From positions 5,739,741 to 5,803,740 of the forward strand of contig MU058636.1 in NCBI GenBank assembly GCA_013265495.1: a stretch of 64,000 nucleotides of DNA. Direction: 5' to 3'. Below the pieces are notes generated by a model. It was not told the DNA's origin, did no database searches, and saw nothing but the letters and a program-made list of their open reading frames with translations. A program made the translations under genes and the position numbers. This document shows, one piece after another, positions 13,575 through 26,000 of this stretch. The stretch is from Vicugna vicugna. Lineage: Eukaryota. The first letter of the stretch is position 1, and every line of letters begins with the position of its first letter.

Positions 13575-15341
13575 AATTTATAACATCAAAAAGAATTAAA
13601 TACTAAGGAATAAATTCAACAAAACTTGTGCAAGTACGCTGAAAACTGTAAAACAGCTCTGAAAGAAGCTAAAGGAGACCTAAGTCAATAGACATCCAGT
13701 GTTCTGGAATGGACTGGGAAACTTAATATCATTAAGATGGCAATACTCTTGAAATTCATATACAGATTCAGTGTAATATCTATCAAAATCCAAGCAGCCT
13801 TATTCTGTAGAAATTGTCAGCCTGATCCTAAAATTTGTAGGGAAATAAAAGTGATCCAGAATAGCTGAAACAATCTTGAGGAAGAAGAATGTTACAAGAC
13901 TCAAACTTACTGTTTTCAAAACTTATTCCAAACCTATAGTGACTAAAAACAGTGTGTTATTGGAATAAGGATAGACATCTAGATCAATAGAATGGAAACT
14001 GAGTCCAGAAATGACCCATACATTGATAGTCAACTGAGTTTTGACAGAGATGCCAAGACTATTCAATGGGAAAAGAACAGTCTTTTCAATAAATGGTGCT
14101 GGGACAACTGGATACACACATGCAAAGGATTGAAGTTAGACACCCGCTTTATGCCACAGACAAAAATTAACTCAAAATAGATCAAATACTGAAATGTAAA
14201 ATTGTAAAACTCTTGGCAAAAAACATAGGAAGGAATCTTAGGTTCTTGGATTCAGCGATGGATTTTTATGTGACACCAAAAAGCACACGAAGCAAAACTA
14301 AAACCCAATAAACTGGACTTTATCAAAATTAAAAACTTTTGTGCTCAAAGGACACTATCAAGGAAGGAAAAAGATAAACCATGAAACTGAGGAAAATATT
14401 TGCACAATCATGTATCTGATAAGAGATTAACATTTACAATATACAAAAGAACTTTAAAACTCAGCAGTAAAAGGGTAAATAACCCAATTTTAAAATGGGC
14501 AAAGGACTTGAATAAACATTTCTCCAAAGAAGATATACGAATGACCGACATGCATGTTAAAACATGTTCAACTTCACTAGCCATTTGGGAAATGCAAATC
14601 AAAACCACCATGAGATATCACTTCCTATCCACTAAAATAGCTGTCATAAAAAAGACAAACAACACAAATGTTGACCAGAATGTGGAGAAATTGGAACCCT
14701 CAAAAATAGACGGCGGGATAGTAAAATGGTACAGGCACTTCAGGAAAACAGTTTGGCAGAGTTATCAAATGATCCAGAAATTCCATTCCTGAGTATATAA
14801 ACAAGAGAAATGAAAACATATGTCCATGCAAAAATGTATACATGAATATTCATAATGGTCAGAAAGTGGAAGCAATACAAATGCTCATCGCTGATGAATT
14901 ACTAAAGAAATGTGATTTGTATCCATACAATGGAATTATTATTCAACTATAACAACAGAATGAAGTGTTGATATGTACTACTACACAGAGGAAACTTGAA
15001 AACATTATGCTATGTGAAAGAAGCCAGACACAAAGTTACATATCATATGATTGCACTTATATGAAATGTCCAAACTGGGTAAATCCGTGGACATAGAAAG
15101 TAGATTAGTAAAATAGACTGTACTTCAATTTAAAAAAACTAAATTAATGGTTGTCAGAGGTTGGGGAAACAGGGAATGGAGAGTGTCTGTTAATGGGCAT
15201 GGAGTTTCTTTCTGGAGTGGGAAAAATGCTCTGGAATTAGTGGTGATGACTTTAAAATGTTGGGTGTATACTGCAGCCACTGAACTGTACACCTTAAAAG
15301 GGGGAAGTTTATGGTATGTGAACTATAGCTCAAAAAAAAAA
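13575..15341 (+). mobile_element. 5'-truncated L1 (L1MB-like): decayed ORF2 3' part, 3' UTR and A-tail
   Basis: ORF pieces read as L1 ORF2p ([44 protein letters not shown]...[12 protein letters not shown]). The 3' UTR ends gaactgtacaccttaaaag...tgtgaactatagctcaaaaaaaaaa. Confidence 0.95.
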
Positions 15342-16250
15342 TCCAGTAGAGTAAGATAAAGAAGAGGGTTGAAATATAACTTGCTGAAACTTAAAACAGG
15401 TAAATTTCCATGAAGTATTCTGCCCATGGTGCTAAAGCTGTAGGTTAATTCATGATTTTTACCTTGATTAGTCAGACGTGGAAAGTTCTGGAAATACTTC
15501 TGCCTGATTTTTGTAAGCCTTTAAATATTCTGTAGCTGACTGAACTGAAGGAGGCTTTAATCAAAAGAATAATACTCAGAAATCAGATATTATAGCTTCT
15601 TGTCTTGCCTCTCCAGTGCCAGGTCCTGTGGTCTTTGACAAGCCACACCTCCTGGCGGTTCTCATTTCTGTTTGTGAAAGGGACCGCTTGCCTGTCTTTA
15701 GCCCCCTAGACAAATGCTGAAAAGCAGGTACACAAAATAACAGCATGGCATTTCACAATTCTGAATGCTTTAGAAATACAAGTTAATAATAGGAATCCTT
15801 CTTTCTTATAATTAACTTTAATGGGACAAGCTGACCTAATCAGTAATGTCTTTGCAAATTCCGAATATAATTATTAGTGAGAGGTTAACTCAAATTTAAA
15901 TGTTACTCTACAGTAAGTGGGCATAAACAGCACTAATACACTTTTCTTTTGAATTGCATGAACTAAAATTCTCCATAAGTGTGATGCAGCTGAGATCAGA
16001 CCTGCAGCAGTGGATAGTTCCTTCAGAGGAGAAATATGTTTATTGGCAAGAATTGATGGTATTTTCACTATGACTGTCTCTAATACATCAACCCAGAGGG
16101 CTAATAGATTACAGTCAATGTTTAATGACATACGTAATAAATGGAGACTTTATAAATCACTGCTATGCTCTCAAATTAAGACATTTTTATTCTCTCCCCT
16201 CCCAGCCCTTTCTAGCCCTGATCTCCCCAGGTGGGATTAATCCTCTTGTG

Positions 16251-16275
16251 AGAGAGAGAGAGAGAGAGAGAGGGA

Positions 16276-16338
<63 letters not shown>
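16251..16338. repeat. Compound (GA)n-(GT)n-(TA)n microsatellite
   Basis: Directly visible. Confidence 0.95.
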
Positions 16339-16799
16339 ACAAATATATATATTTGTTGTTGTCGAGCACCTGAGGCACTTTTTTTCATCTAATTATGTTT
16401 ACCTTTGCTTCTTAGTATTAGATGCAAGCTCTGTGAACAGTATAAGCTGTGACTTTTCATCTTTGATTCGCCAGCATTCTATATTGCAATTGGCACATGC
16501 TAGACATTTCACAATGAATAAATGAGTGCATTAACAACATAAATTGTTGGCAAATTTCCATATGTGCACAGTATAACAACAGCCAGAGGGAGGATCAGAA
16601 ATTGGTTCCCAGGGCTAAGGCCATGCATAGCTCAGGTTTCAAGTCCAGAGGGGAATGCTGCTTCTGTGCCCCCTCAGAGACTCGTGGTGATAATGCTTGA
16701 AAATGGGCCACTTACCAGAAGCAGAGGTTCTTAGTGCAGAAGAATTTAAGCAGGTTAATGGTGCCATCTACTCTTGGTCCATGCTGGTCACACTTCTGT

Positions 16800-17045
16800 C
16801 CTGCCTTTGCGTTTGCTGTTCTCCCCACTGCTCTATTTAAATTTGCAACACCTACCCCGACTTCCCTGCTTTATTTTACTCCATAGCAATTTTCTCTATG
16901 TATTCTAATTACTTACTGCCTGTCTCCCCTCCTGCCCCACCAGAATCTAAACTCTGATTTTATATAGTCTTCTTTTCCCTGCTCTATATTTAGTGCTAAA
17001 CACAGTCCTTTGAAGTAGTAGCTGCTCAATAAATACTATAGAAGG
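16800..17045 (+). mobile_element. L2 3' fragment followed by a purine-rich (GGAA)-like tract
   Basis: ctccatagcaat...ctgcctgtctcccc...cagaatctaaactc...gctcaataaatac. Confidence 0.65.
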
Positions 17046-17784
17046 AAGGAAGGAAAAAGGAAAGGAAGAGAAAGAGAGGAAGGGGGGGATGGAAGAAAAA
17101 AGAATGGAAGGAAAAAAGAGAAGATTAATATAAAACATATCTAAAGGTCTTGCAAGCTTTTCAATATATTCAGGTAAATGGCTGGCTTACAGATTTGTTT
17201 TTTAGTTTGTTTGTTTTGACTCAAAAATATTTTTAAAATGTTTAAAGCTGGAAATTTTCCATAAAATATCAGAGTATGAGCTCCTCCCAAACAACCAGTT
17301 CTGGTTAACTGGGTCTGTGCCCCTACGCCACATCAGTCATCTAGAGCTGAGTGGCAGCTGTAGAGGGGTCATGGGCTAGAGCAATTTACCAGGCCAGAGA
17401 ATTTAAAGTAGGGATGGAAGTTAGGATCTCCCTTGGATTTCCTGAATGGCCCTGAGAATCTCACTGTGGATGCATAATCCAGGAAGTCCTCAGAATACTT
17501 TAGATTCTTATGGAAACCCATATTCCCAAGGGGGTTTCAGTGAGAAGATTGTGCCCTTTAAGTCCTGGTTCATTCAGACCAGAGACCCTGGGGCTTACCT
17601 GAGAGGGGTAGTTGTGCCCAGACAAACCATCCCAAAAACTTTTCGCAGAGAACCTGAACCTTGCAGCCTTCTAGTAAGGGTCTTGGGTCTAGTGTATGAG
17701 GACACGTTTACTCACTGGAGTGATAGTATCACAAAGCCTATTTAGATCTAAAATATGCTTAACATATGATTCCATCACCTCCAT

Positions 17785-17960
17785 GCATCTGTTCATTCAT
17801 TCAATAAATACTTACTGAGCACCTAAGTGCTAGGCCATGTGCTAGGTACTGCATATTCAAATGCTGAAGAAGTCACATGATTCCTGTCCCATAGACCTCA
17901 CAGTATTATCAGGAAAGAGAAACAGGTAAGTAATAAGTGTTAGAATATTGGAAGCCCAGG
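17785..17960 (-). mobile_element. L2 3' fragment
   Basis: cattcattcaataaatacttactgagcacc...gtgctaggtactg. Confidence 0.7.
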
Positions 17961-18411
17961 AAGGTATCAAAACATACAGCAGAGGCTTTGGAATTGCAGA
18001 TTTAAAGTTCAACCTGCAGAAAATTTGCAGATGTTCAAAGCTTTTCCCTGAACTGCTTGGGAGTAAGTTCTGAGGAAAATTAAGTAATTATTTAACTTAT
18101 TCTTATAACATGGGTATATAAACGTCCATTAGAGTCCTTAATTTGCTTTGGAATTTTTAGATATAATTGTCTAAAGGCCACCTTGCCTCCTCACTTTATG
18201 TATACAAACATACTGTAAAATTTTGATCTAAGTAGCTGAGCCCACCCTTTTACATAAATCCAACCAATGTGAAAGCTTTCTCCAACCTACCTAAATAATT
18301 GATATTTTCGTTACCAATACTGCTTACACCAGTAAATCTATCATCATTTCTAATTATTACATTTTTTCTATAAATTATATATTTTTTTATATTGTATAAG
18401 TAGTAAATATT

Positions 18412-18865
18412 TGTTATTGTGGTAAAATATATAAAACTTGAAATTTATTATTTTAACCATTTTTAAGTGTACAGTTTGGTGCCATTAAGTACATTCCTGT
18501 TGCTGTGCAACCATCACCACCATCTAGAACCTTTTCATCGTCCCAAACTGAAACTCTGTACCTACTAAACAGTAAATCTCCATTTCTGTCTTCCCCTTGC
18601 CCCTGGTAACCACTGTTCTGTTTCTGTCTCTATGGATTTGACTATTCTAGGTACCTTATATAAGTGAAATCATATAACGTTTGTTATTTTGTGATTAGCT
18701 CACTCTGCTTGGCACAATGTCTCCAAGTTTCATCCATGTTGTTTCATGTATCAGAATTTCATTCCTTTTTAAGGTTGAATGATATTCAATTGTATGCATA
18801 AATCACCTTTTGGCTATCCATTCATCAGCTGATGGACATTTGTTTCCACCTTTTGGCTATCATCA
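18412..18865 (-). mobile_element. L1 (L1MB-like) 3' end
   Basis: attgtggtaaaatata...aaccatttttaagtgtacagt...tctatggatttgactattctaggtacc...ttcatccatgttg. Confidence 0.9.
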
Positions 18866-20439
18866 ATCATTCTTTTATAAACATACAAACAAGCTGCTTA
18901 TGTTTAGGTCGTGCTTTTAATTTTACAAAATGCTTTTGTGTCTACAGTTCATAAACTATGGGAGATATAGTTAGTTTTTTCCTCGTCTGGCAGGTAAGAA
19001 ATCTAAATTATTAAAACATTGTCACTTGTTAATTTATGGACAGTTTCTGACTCTTAGCCTGGAGTATCTTTTTCTCATCATACTTTTTATTCTTCACTCC
19101 AGTGATTCTTCACCAGCTGAAGATACCAGGGATGCAAAAACAAAAATATCCTTGTTGAGATGTAATTATAGGGCAGATCAAAATCTTCTTTCACTTGGAC
19201 AAGCTAAATGAGATTAGTAGGCCCACGATTTGGGGAAAAAAATCAAGTTTAAAAATTTATCTTTCCGACATCAGTGGTAGCTATTTCTTCTCTAGCAAAT
19301 GACATTCTGGACTAGCTAATCCAGACTTAGCCTTCCCCTTTCCCCTTCAACTACACCATTGCTCATAAATTCAAACTTTGCATGTACTCAAAGCTGGGAA
19401 ACTATGTAACCCAAATAAAATATTTAAATCTTGATAACTCAGAGGCTTAAATCATACTTGATATAGTGTCACATTCTGTTCTTGGATAACAATCTTTATT
19501 AAATTCTGGGGACGCCAGTGCTCTGTTTGAACAGAGCTTTTGAAAAGTTGAGAGGTCCTCAGACTACATTTGAGAAGAGGAATAGAGTCTAGGTATGTAG
19601 GCGTGGCAGGGCCAGCGAAGCTGTGTGCCGGAGGGAGCCCGTCCCAGCAGGGCTCCACCTGGTTTGTAATGGAGCAGTTTGTCTTCACCAAATTCATATG
19701 TTTCTTTACGTCAATAACATTAAGCAAGATTTCGTGTTTTGAAATAGTGCTATTATCTGTGTTACTTTTCTTAATTTCTCATGGTTTAAAAAGACGTTTC
19801 TAACAGTTAAAACTACTCTAATTATTAAAATTTCTCCAATTCAAAAAATCTCTCTAATTGTAATAATTCCATGTCAGTGGGAGAGACCCTGAGTTTGCCT
19901 GGCTTCCTGCCTCCACGGGCTGGTCCTGACCAGGTCTAGCTCTTTGCTGGTGTGTGGTTGTTATTTATGGTGTTTGGAATCATTAATACTCTTTCCCTAA
20001 ACACATGTGACCGTAGGAGCTTGGAAATCCATGCAGCAGGTGGCTGGTCGAGGGGACGGGACACCCCTGATGTGCTCTGTGGCCCTCGGCAAATCAGGAA
20101 CTTTGCTTTACCATCTGGTTCCCCACTTGATCCTAAGCAGAGAAGTTAAGTGTTTGTTTTGTACTTCAGTGGGATCCAGGATCAGGTTAGTCTCCACTGA
20201 GGATGTAAAAGAAGAGTATGGCATGTCTGTTCTTGAGAACTTTCCAATCTAGTTCTATCGAGGAAAACCTCCCCTTGTTTGCCGGATGTGACCCCTAGGC
20301 TTTTAGCTACTTTCTGAGGAATCCACAAATCAAAATCTGTGGAAGCTGGGGTTACACTGTGCACTATAGGCCTCCTCTATAGTTGCCTGAGGAGAGATCA
20401 CAAGGGTGAAAAGTAAAGCTCCTATCCATTAATTTGAAA

Positions 20440-20963
20440 ACAGCCACAACCCCATCACCCAAATGGGCAAGGAGACAAAAAATTTTCCCACAGAGGAAAT
20501 GCAAAAAGCTAATGAAAATCTGAAAAAAATTGGTATCAGTAACAATAAACAATAATAATACCAGTTAAAATGAGACACTGTTTTCCCCATAAACCTAGTA
20601 AGGTTTTGAGAACATATCAAACTCAGTGTTGATGATCGTGAGTTGAGGTGTTTATTCCCATTAACTGCTGATAGTAGTTTGAATTGAAATGACTTTCTAG
20701 AAAATAATTTTCTAATATCAAACAGTATTGCTTTCAGTGATGGAAATCTTAGAACTATTCTCAGTGAATGATCAAGATACTTTATGGACAAAATAATTGA
20801 TAGCAATATTTAAAAAATAGAAATGCTATAAGCAAACTAAATGTTTAATTGCTTGGGTATAGTTTATTATATTTTATATGTGCAAAAGATGAAATTTTTT
20901 TAAATTGAAGTATAGTCTGTTTACATACAATGTTGTGTTAATTTCTGGTGTACAGTTCAGTGA

Positions 20964-21015
<52 letters not shown>

Positions 21016-22030
21016 GTCACACATACATACACATATATATTCCTTTTCATACTCCTCCCTATTACAGGCCACTACAAGGTATTGAGTATAGCTCCCTGTG
21101 CTGTACAGTAGTTCCTTGATGTTTACCTATTTTACATATAGTAGTTTGTATCTGCAAACCTTGAACTCCCAGTTTATCTCTCCACCCTTTCCCGCCTGGT
21201 AACCGTAAGTTTGTTTTCTATGTCTGTGAGTCTGTTTCTGTTTTGTGAATAAGTCCATTCACATCATTTTTTTAGATTCCACGTATAAGTGATATCATTT
21301 GGTATTTTTTTTCCTCCTTCTGGCTTACTTCACTTAGTATTACAATCTCCAGTTCCATCCATGTTGCTGCAAATGGTGTTATTTTATTCTTGTTATGGCT
21401 GAGTACTATTTCACTGTATATATTATATATATTATATATATATATAAATGTATGTATATATATTTTATATATATATATATATATACATGCACACATATAT
21501 GCCACATTTTATTTACCTAGTCATCTGTTGATGAACATTTAGGTTGTTTCCATGTCTTGGCTATTGTAAATAGTGTTGCTATGACCATTGGGGTACATAT
21601 ATCTTTCAAAATTAGAGTTTCCTCTAGATATATGCCCATGAATGGGATTACTGAATTATATGGTAAATCTATTTTTAGTTTCTTAAGGAATCTCCATGGT
21701 GTTTTCGATGATGGCTACACCAAACTACATTCCCACCAACAGTGTAGGAAGATGATGTAGGAAAAGGTGAAATATTATGCATCAGATATTTGTATGAATC
21801 TTTTTATTATGAATTTTAAAATAGGAAATACCTTTGTCATACATTTAATTAACAAAGAGTAATACAAATTATATATAGTTTGGGATCAATTATTTCAAAA
21901 TAGTAGAAAAAGAACTGAAAAGAAAATGTTAACATTGGTTATCTATAGGGGAATATGATTATAGATGATTTTTTTCCTTCCATTTTTACCCTTTTATATA
22001 TTGCCTAAGTATTCTATAGCAGTCGGAAAA
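20440..22030 (+). mobile_element. Very old L1 (L1ME-like) relic, interrupted by the younger L1 at 20895-21752
   Basis: Decayed ORF2-end motifs at 20460-20880 (aaatgggcaagg...ttaaaatgagacactg) and an L1ME-type 3' end at ~21900-22030 (aaatgttaacattggttatctatagggg). Confidence 0.55.
20895..21752 (-). mobile_element. 5'-truncated artiodactyl/camelid-type L1 with internal (TA)n/(CA)n expansions
   Basis: ORF2p C-terminus (PFAATWMELEIVILSEVSQKEEKKYQMISLIRGI), T-tract then aattgaagtatagt. Degenerate TSD aaaagatgaaat / aaaaggtgaaat. Confidence 0.92.
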
Positions 22031-22924
22031 AATATATACAGTCAGTGGTCAGGTGGATAGATACCCAGAACATGGTTCTAAGTAAAGAGACTGTGAAAAT
22101 ATTGTTTACTTATTTATTCTTCCCACCTATTATCTGTGAGACTTTGAGGTAAATCATGTGATTTATGAAACCATGTACTTTTTCACCTATAAAACATTGT
22201 GTCAAACTTCCTCCCAGGTTTATCAGGAGAATCATTTGACGTGATGAATATGAAAAAAATGCTTTCTGATCTGAATTATAAAAATACTAAAAAATCCTGA
22301 AAGATGAATTGAGGTTGACCTTATGACATATTTCTGTGTGGTGACTACCTGGTGCAAGGGCACAGTCTGTGGCCGTGCAACATAAAGAAACCACATGATT
22401 TAACTGAGGACCAAATACATAACCAATCAGGCACCTATTCTAGGGCCTTTCTTTGCTTGGGTTTCTGCCCATAGTATTAGAGAGCTAGGAAGGTGGCAGT
22501 AAGGGAAATAAAGCCAGGCTGGCAACGTGGGCCAGATCATGAAGGGATTTGAAAGTCAGGCTGAAGTCTTTACAAATTTGGTCTTAACTGATCAGAAATG
22601 GAGCCATATTAGGTGTTGTTTCATTTGCTTTGGGCCTGGGTGTCACAAAGGTGTATGGTTTGGTGATAATTAGCCTAAGAGTGGCCAATTTGCTGGACGG
22701 ACTGAAGGTGCAGGATAGGGGAGGAAGGCATCTAGCTAGGTCAGAGTTTCAGCAGTTCCTGTGAGAGGAGATGATGTGTCTGGAAAAGAACTTGGTGGGA
22801 GGGAAAGAGTGAACATCAGAGAGATTTCTCAAAGAGAGAACTTGTAATAGATGGAACACAGAGGGTAAAGGAGAAGGAAGATGGAAAAATATCAAATGAT
22901 ATCATTGATATGTCTCCTCTGGGA

Positions 22925-23285
22925 GACAGTCCTCTGCATTCCTTAGCAGTCCCTCCTGAGAGATTGAATATACAAGCCGACAATGGCTAAACCACATGTA
23001 GAACCGAGCTCTGAGGCCAACTCTGAGCAGCCAGCCCAGAAGAGTCGGGACTTGGCCAGTAACTGTCAGCGTCCCTATTTTTAATCCCTGCTTCCAACTC
23101 AGAAGTTAATTAGCCAAAAAACACTCTGCTAACCAGTCACATAGGACACCCCTCTTCTAGCTAGCCCTCCTCCTGCTTCCGCATGCCAACCGCCTCCCAT
23201 CAGGTCCCACCTTGTCCCACCTTCCCTTTTTCCACTGTTAAGTTTTCCTACTCCTCTGCCTGGCTTTAAGTCTCTGCAAAATGCA
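22925..23285 (+). mobile_element. ERV LTR fragment (MER77/MER68-like)
   Basis: ccctgcttccaactcag...ttttccactgttaagttttcctactcctctgcctggctttaagtctctgc resembles the recalled consensus. Confidence 0.55.
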
Positions 23286-25004
23286 TCACTTCTAGCCCCA
23301 GACTAACTCTGTGGCCTTGGGCCATTTCAACCTGTTGAACACCCGTTTCTTGAATCCGTAAAATGAAACTTGGCTATCACAGAGTGATGAATTCTGTGTC
23401 CTGGTCTTCAAGAAGATCTAGCCTGTCACAGTATAGACAGGAAGTCCAACATATCCTTAACTACCTACAAATATATTTCCCTGCCTGTAATTTCCAGAGA
23501 GAGAGAAAGGAAGAGAGAGGAAGGAGAGCAGGTGGGAGGAAGGAGAGCAGGAGGGAGGAAGGCAGATGGGCTCTCTCAGATCTGATCGAGTTTAAAGCTT
23601 CTCTAATGGTGAAATGAGAGGCCCGTGGTTACAAATTCTTTTGAATGAGGAGATGAACTTTGAGATACTTGCCAACACCTGATGCTACTGCACCTGTTCC
23701 CCCTCCAGTCTGAGCAATGGTAAAGTCTGACCTCGCCTTCCTGAGGAGAGCCTGGCAACCTGTAACAGGCAAGGAAGTGTCTAAGTACAGCCTCGGCAGG
23801 AAGGGAGCAGTGGGAATTGGGTTGTGCAGACACCAGTGGGTACTAGTGTCTATTCTGTCCTCTTGCCTCCAGAGATGAAACACAGACATTTCTTTGGCCC
23901 AGGCAATCACAGGGCCTTTCCAGTCAACACCGAGGCTCTGAGGGGGAAAACGTAGGGGTGCTGAAGAGGCACTAATTTTTCAAGATCACATTTCCATTCT
24001 ACTTAGTACCTTTTTCACCCCATGAAAGCACCCATGCAGGCTTTCTTCATCCTGTATATTCCTGCTTTGTGGCTCATCTTCACACATTAAATAAGCATTT
24101 GGTAGCAGACACATTGAATTTGTTTTTCCACTTATTGAGTTTTGGTGTCATAGTGAGAAAGAACAAATCAAGAGCAGGGGTGCCATATAAACAGTACATT
24201 TTGTCTGAGGTTTTTTTCTCTGAAAAAGTAGGAAGCTGCATTGACTTTGAATCTCGTGCAAAGTCTCTTTAAGGCATTCACAGCTCGCTGCATGTGATGG
24301 ACTTAACAATGCTCTTTCTCACCTCAAGGAAGTCAGTGGCCTGCTTTATACCTCAGTTACCGCACTTAAAACCCCTACTCCTCTTGGCCAAAAGGGTACA
24401 GTGAGACAGCGTGGGAGAAACTGTTTATAAACTATGTTGAAAATGCCATGATAATGAGAATAAAGGAGGCAGTGGAGTCTGGTTACTGGGCCACCATTCC
24501 AAGGTTAGACACCAATCAGTGAAGCATCCGAGGACACAACTCAGTTTCCTCAAAGGCAAATCCCTACTTCTCATTCAAGGTAATTCCTGATCATGGTTTA
24601 CCTACTATTCCTTGTGGGGTGGAGGTCGGAATAGGAGAACACCTGACCCCCTTGACATTCTATGCAATTTATGAAAATCTCCAAGGAGGATGCCTCAAGG
24701 CATTTTTCAGATTCTCAAGGAGTATATGACCCCCCGACCCCGACAAGAAAGAGAAGAGAAAAAAAGAAAGAAAAAGGTTAAGAACTCCTAATCTAATACT
24801 ATAAAACACACAGGGCACTATCAAGGAAAACAACCCACAGACACTTACTCTTGTTATGGTCAAGAATTAATGCTTACTTCTTACCTGTAAGTCAGTACTA
24901 AGAACATTCACATCATCTCTTTTGACCAGCAGTTAATGGAAACTACTTTCCCCACCAGCTCCCTTCTCTTGCCAGTTCCTTTGTACTGTCTAATTTTGAT
25001 GGAA

Positions 25005-25620
25005 AGACAATGGCTAATAGGATCATTTCAGACAATGGCGTAATTACTACCTAGGATAGTTTTTCTCTTAGAGAAGAAAGCGCTTCTTTATTTTGGCTTT
25101 CCCATTTTTCTTCTAATAATGAGGCTAAGTCACGATATTTAAGCAACTGGAGGCTGGCCGGCTTTCAGAGGCAGCCGTTGAGAAAGGACTGATCTGAAAT
25201 GAGAGAAGAGGGAACCATTACGCTAAAAATAGAATGAATTCCAAGCTTTGACTCATTCCAGGGTCCTCCTGTGTGTCATAACTGATGGTTAATGTGGGTC
25301 CCAAGGGGGAAGGTCATAAGTCACTGTCACTTGGCTGGTTTAGTGCAAGCTGTTGGGCTAAAGGTGTCAGCATACTCTGCCCCTGACCGCAGGGACCTGG
25401 AACAAACCGAGGCATAAAAATAGCCCGGCTTGCCCCTGAAGGAAGGGAAGCTGCTGCTGAAGTGAGACTAGGCCTTGTAGTAAGGTCTATGCATTCCTTT
25501 GACCCCCAAAACTTTTGGCAGATTTTCTGGGAGTGGCACGCCACAGCTTCTTAATCTCTAAATGGAGGAAGAACTTTTACTTCACCTCCATGGATCTCAG
25601 GAGACGTGGCTGACGTTTCT
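25005..25620. promoter_or_regulatory. Candidate enhancer or alternative promoter (MEF2/TEAD/AP-1/SOX motif cluster)
   Basis: CTAAAAATAG 25223-25232, ATAAAAATAG 25414-25423, TGACTCA 25249-25255, CATTCCA 25254-25260, CATTCCT 25492-25498 and ACAATGG twice, all in repeat-free sequence. Confidence 0.4.
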
Positions 25621-25784
25621 CGAATGCTCTTCGTGCTGCTGTTTAAATGTTGCCGATCTACAGATCAGGACTCTTATACAGAATCGTGGCATTTACGGGC
25701 TAGATGGGGTCTGAGATATCGTTTCAGCCTAGGAGTCACTACCCTGAGCTAGAAAGAAGACTCCTTGGCAATATTAATTGAACA

Positions 25785-26000
25785 TTGTGGTTAAGAGCAG
25801 GGACTTTGTGTCAGTGTTGCTTGGATTTGCATGCCATTTCCGTCACTGCGCCTCGCTACCTCAGTGTCTGTGTGTGCAAACTAGGGACATTGAAAGTATC
25901 CACCTCGCAGGGTGTTGTGAAGAGTAGATCAGCTACTGTATTCGAAGTGCTTAGGGTATCTGTCGAACTAAGTGCTGTACATACAACGTCTGCTCATGTG
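25785..26000 (+). mobile_element. MIR SINE
   Basis: gtggttaagagcagggacttt...cctcagtgtctgtgtgtgcaaa...cacctcgcagggtgttgtgaag. Confidence 0.75.

Noticed and set aside
13923..14792. ORFs with protein-like sequence
   Set aside because: Fragments of decayed L1 ORF2 and their antisense frames.
23629..23940. Minus-strand acceptor-like site (ttttccccctcAG) followed by a 93-aa ORF
   Set aside because: No clear donor and the peptide is not recognisable.
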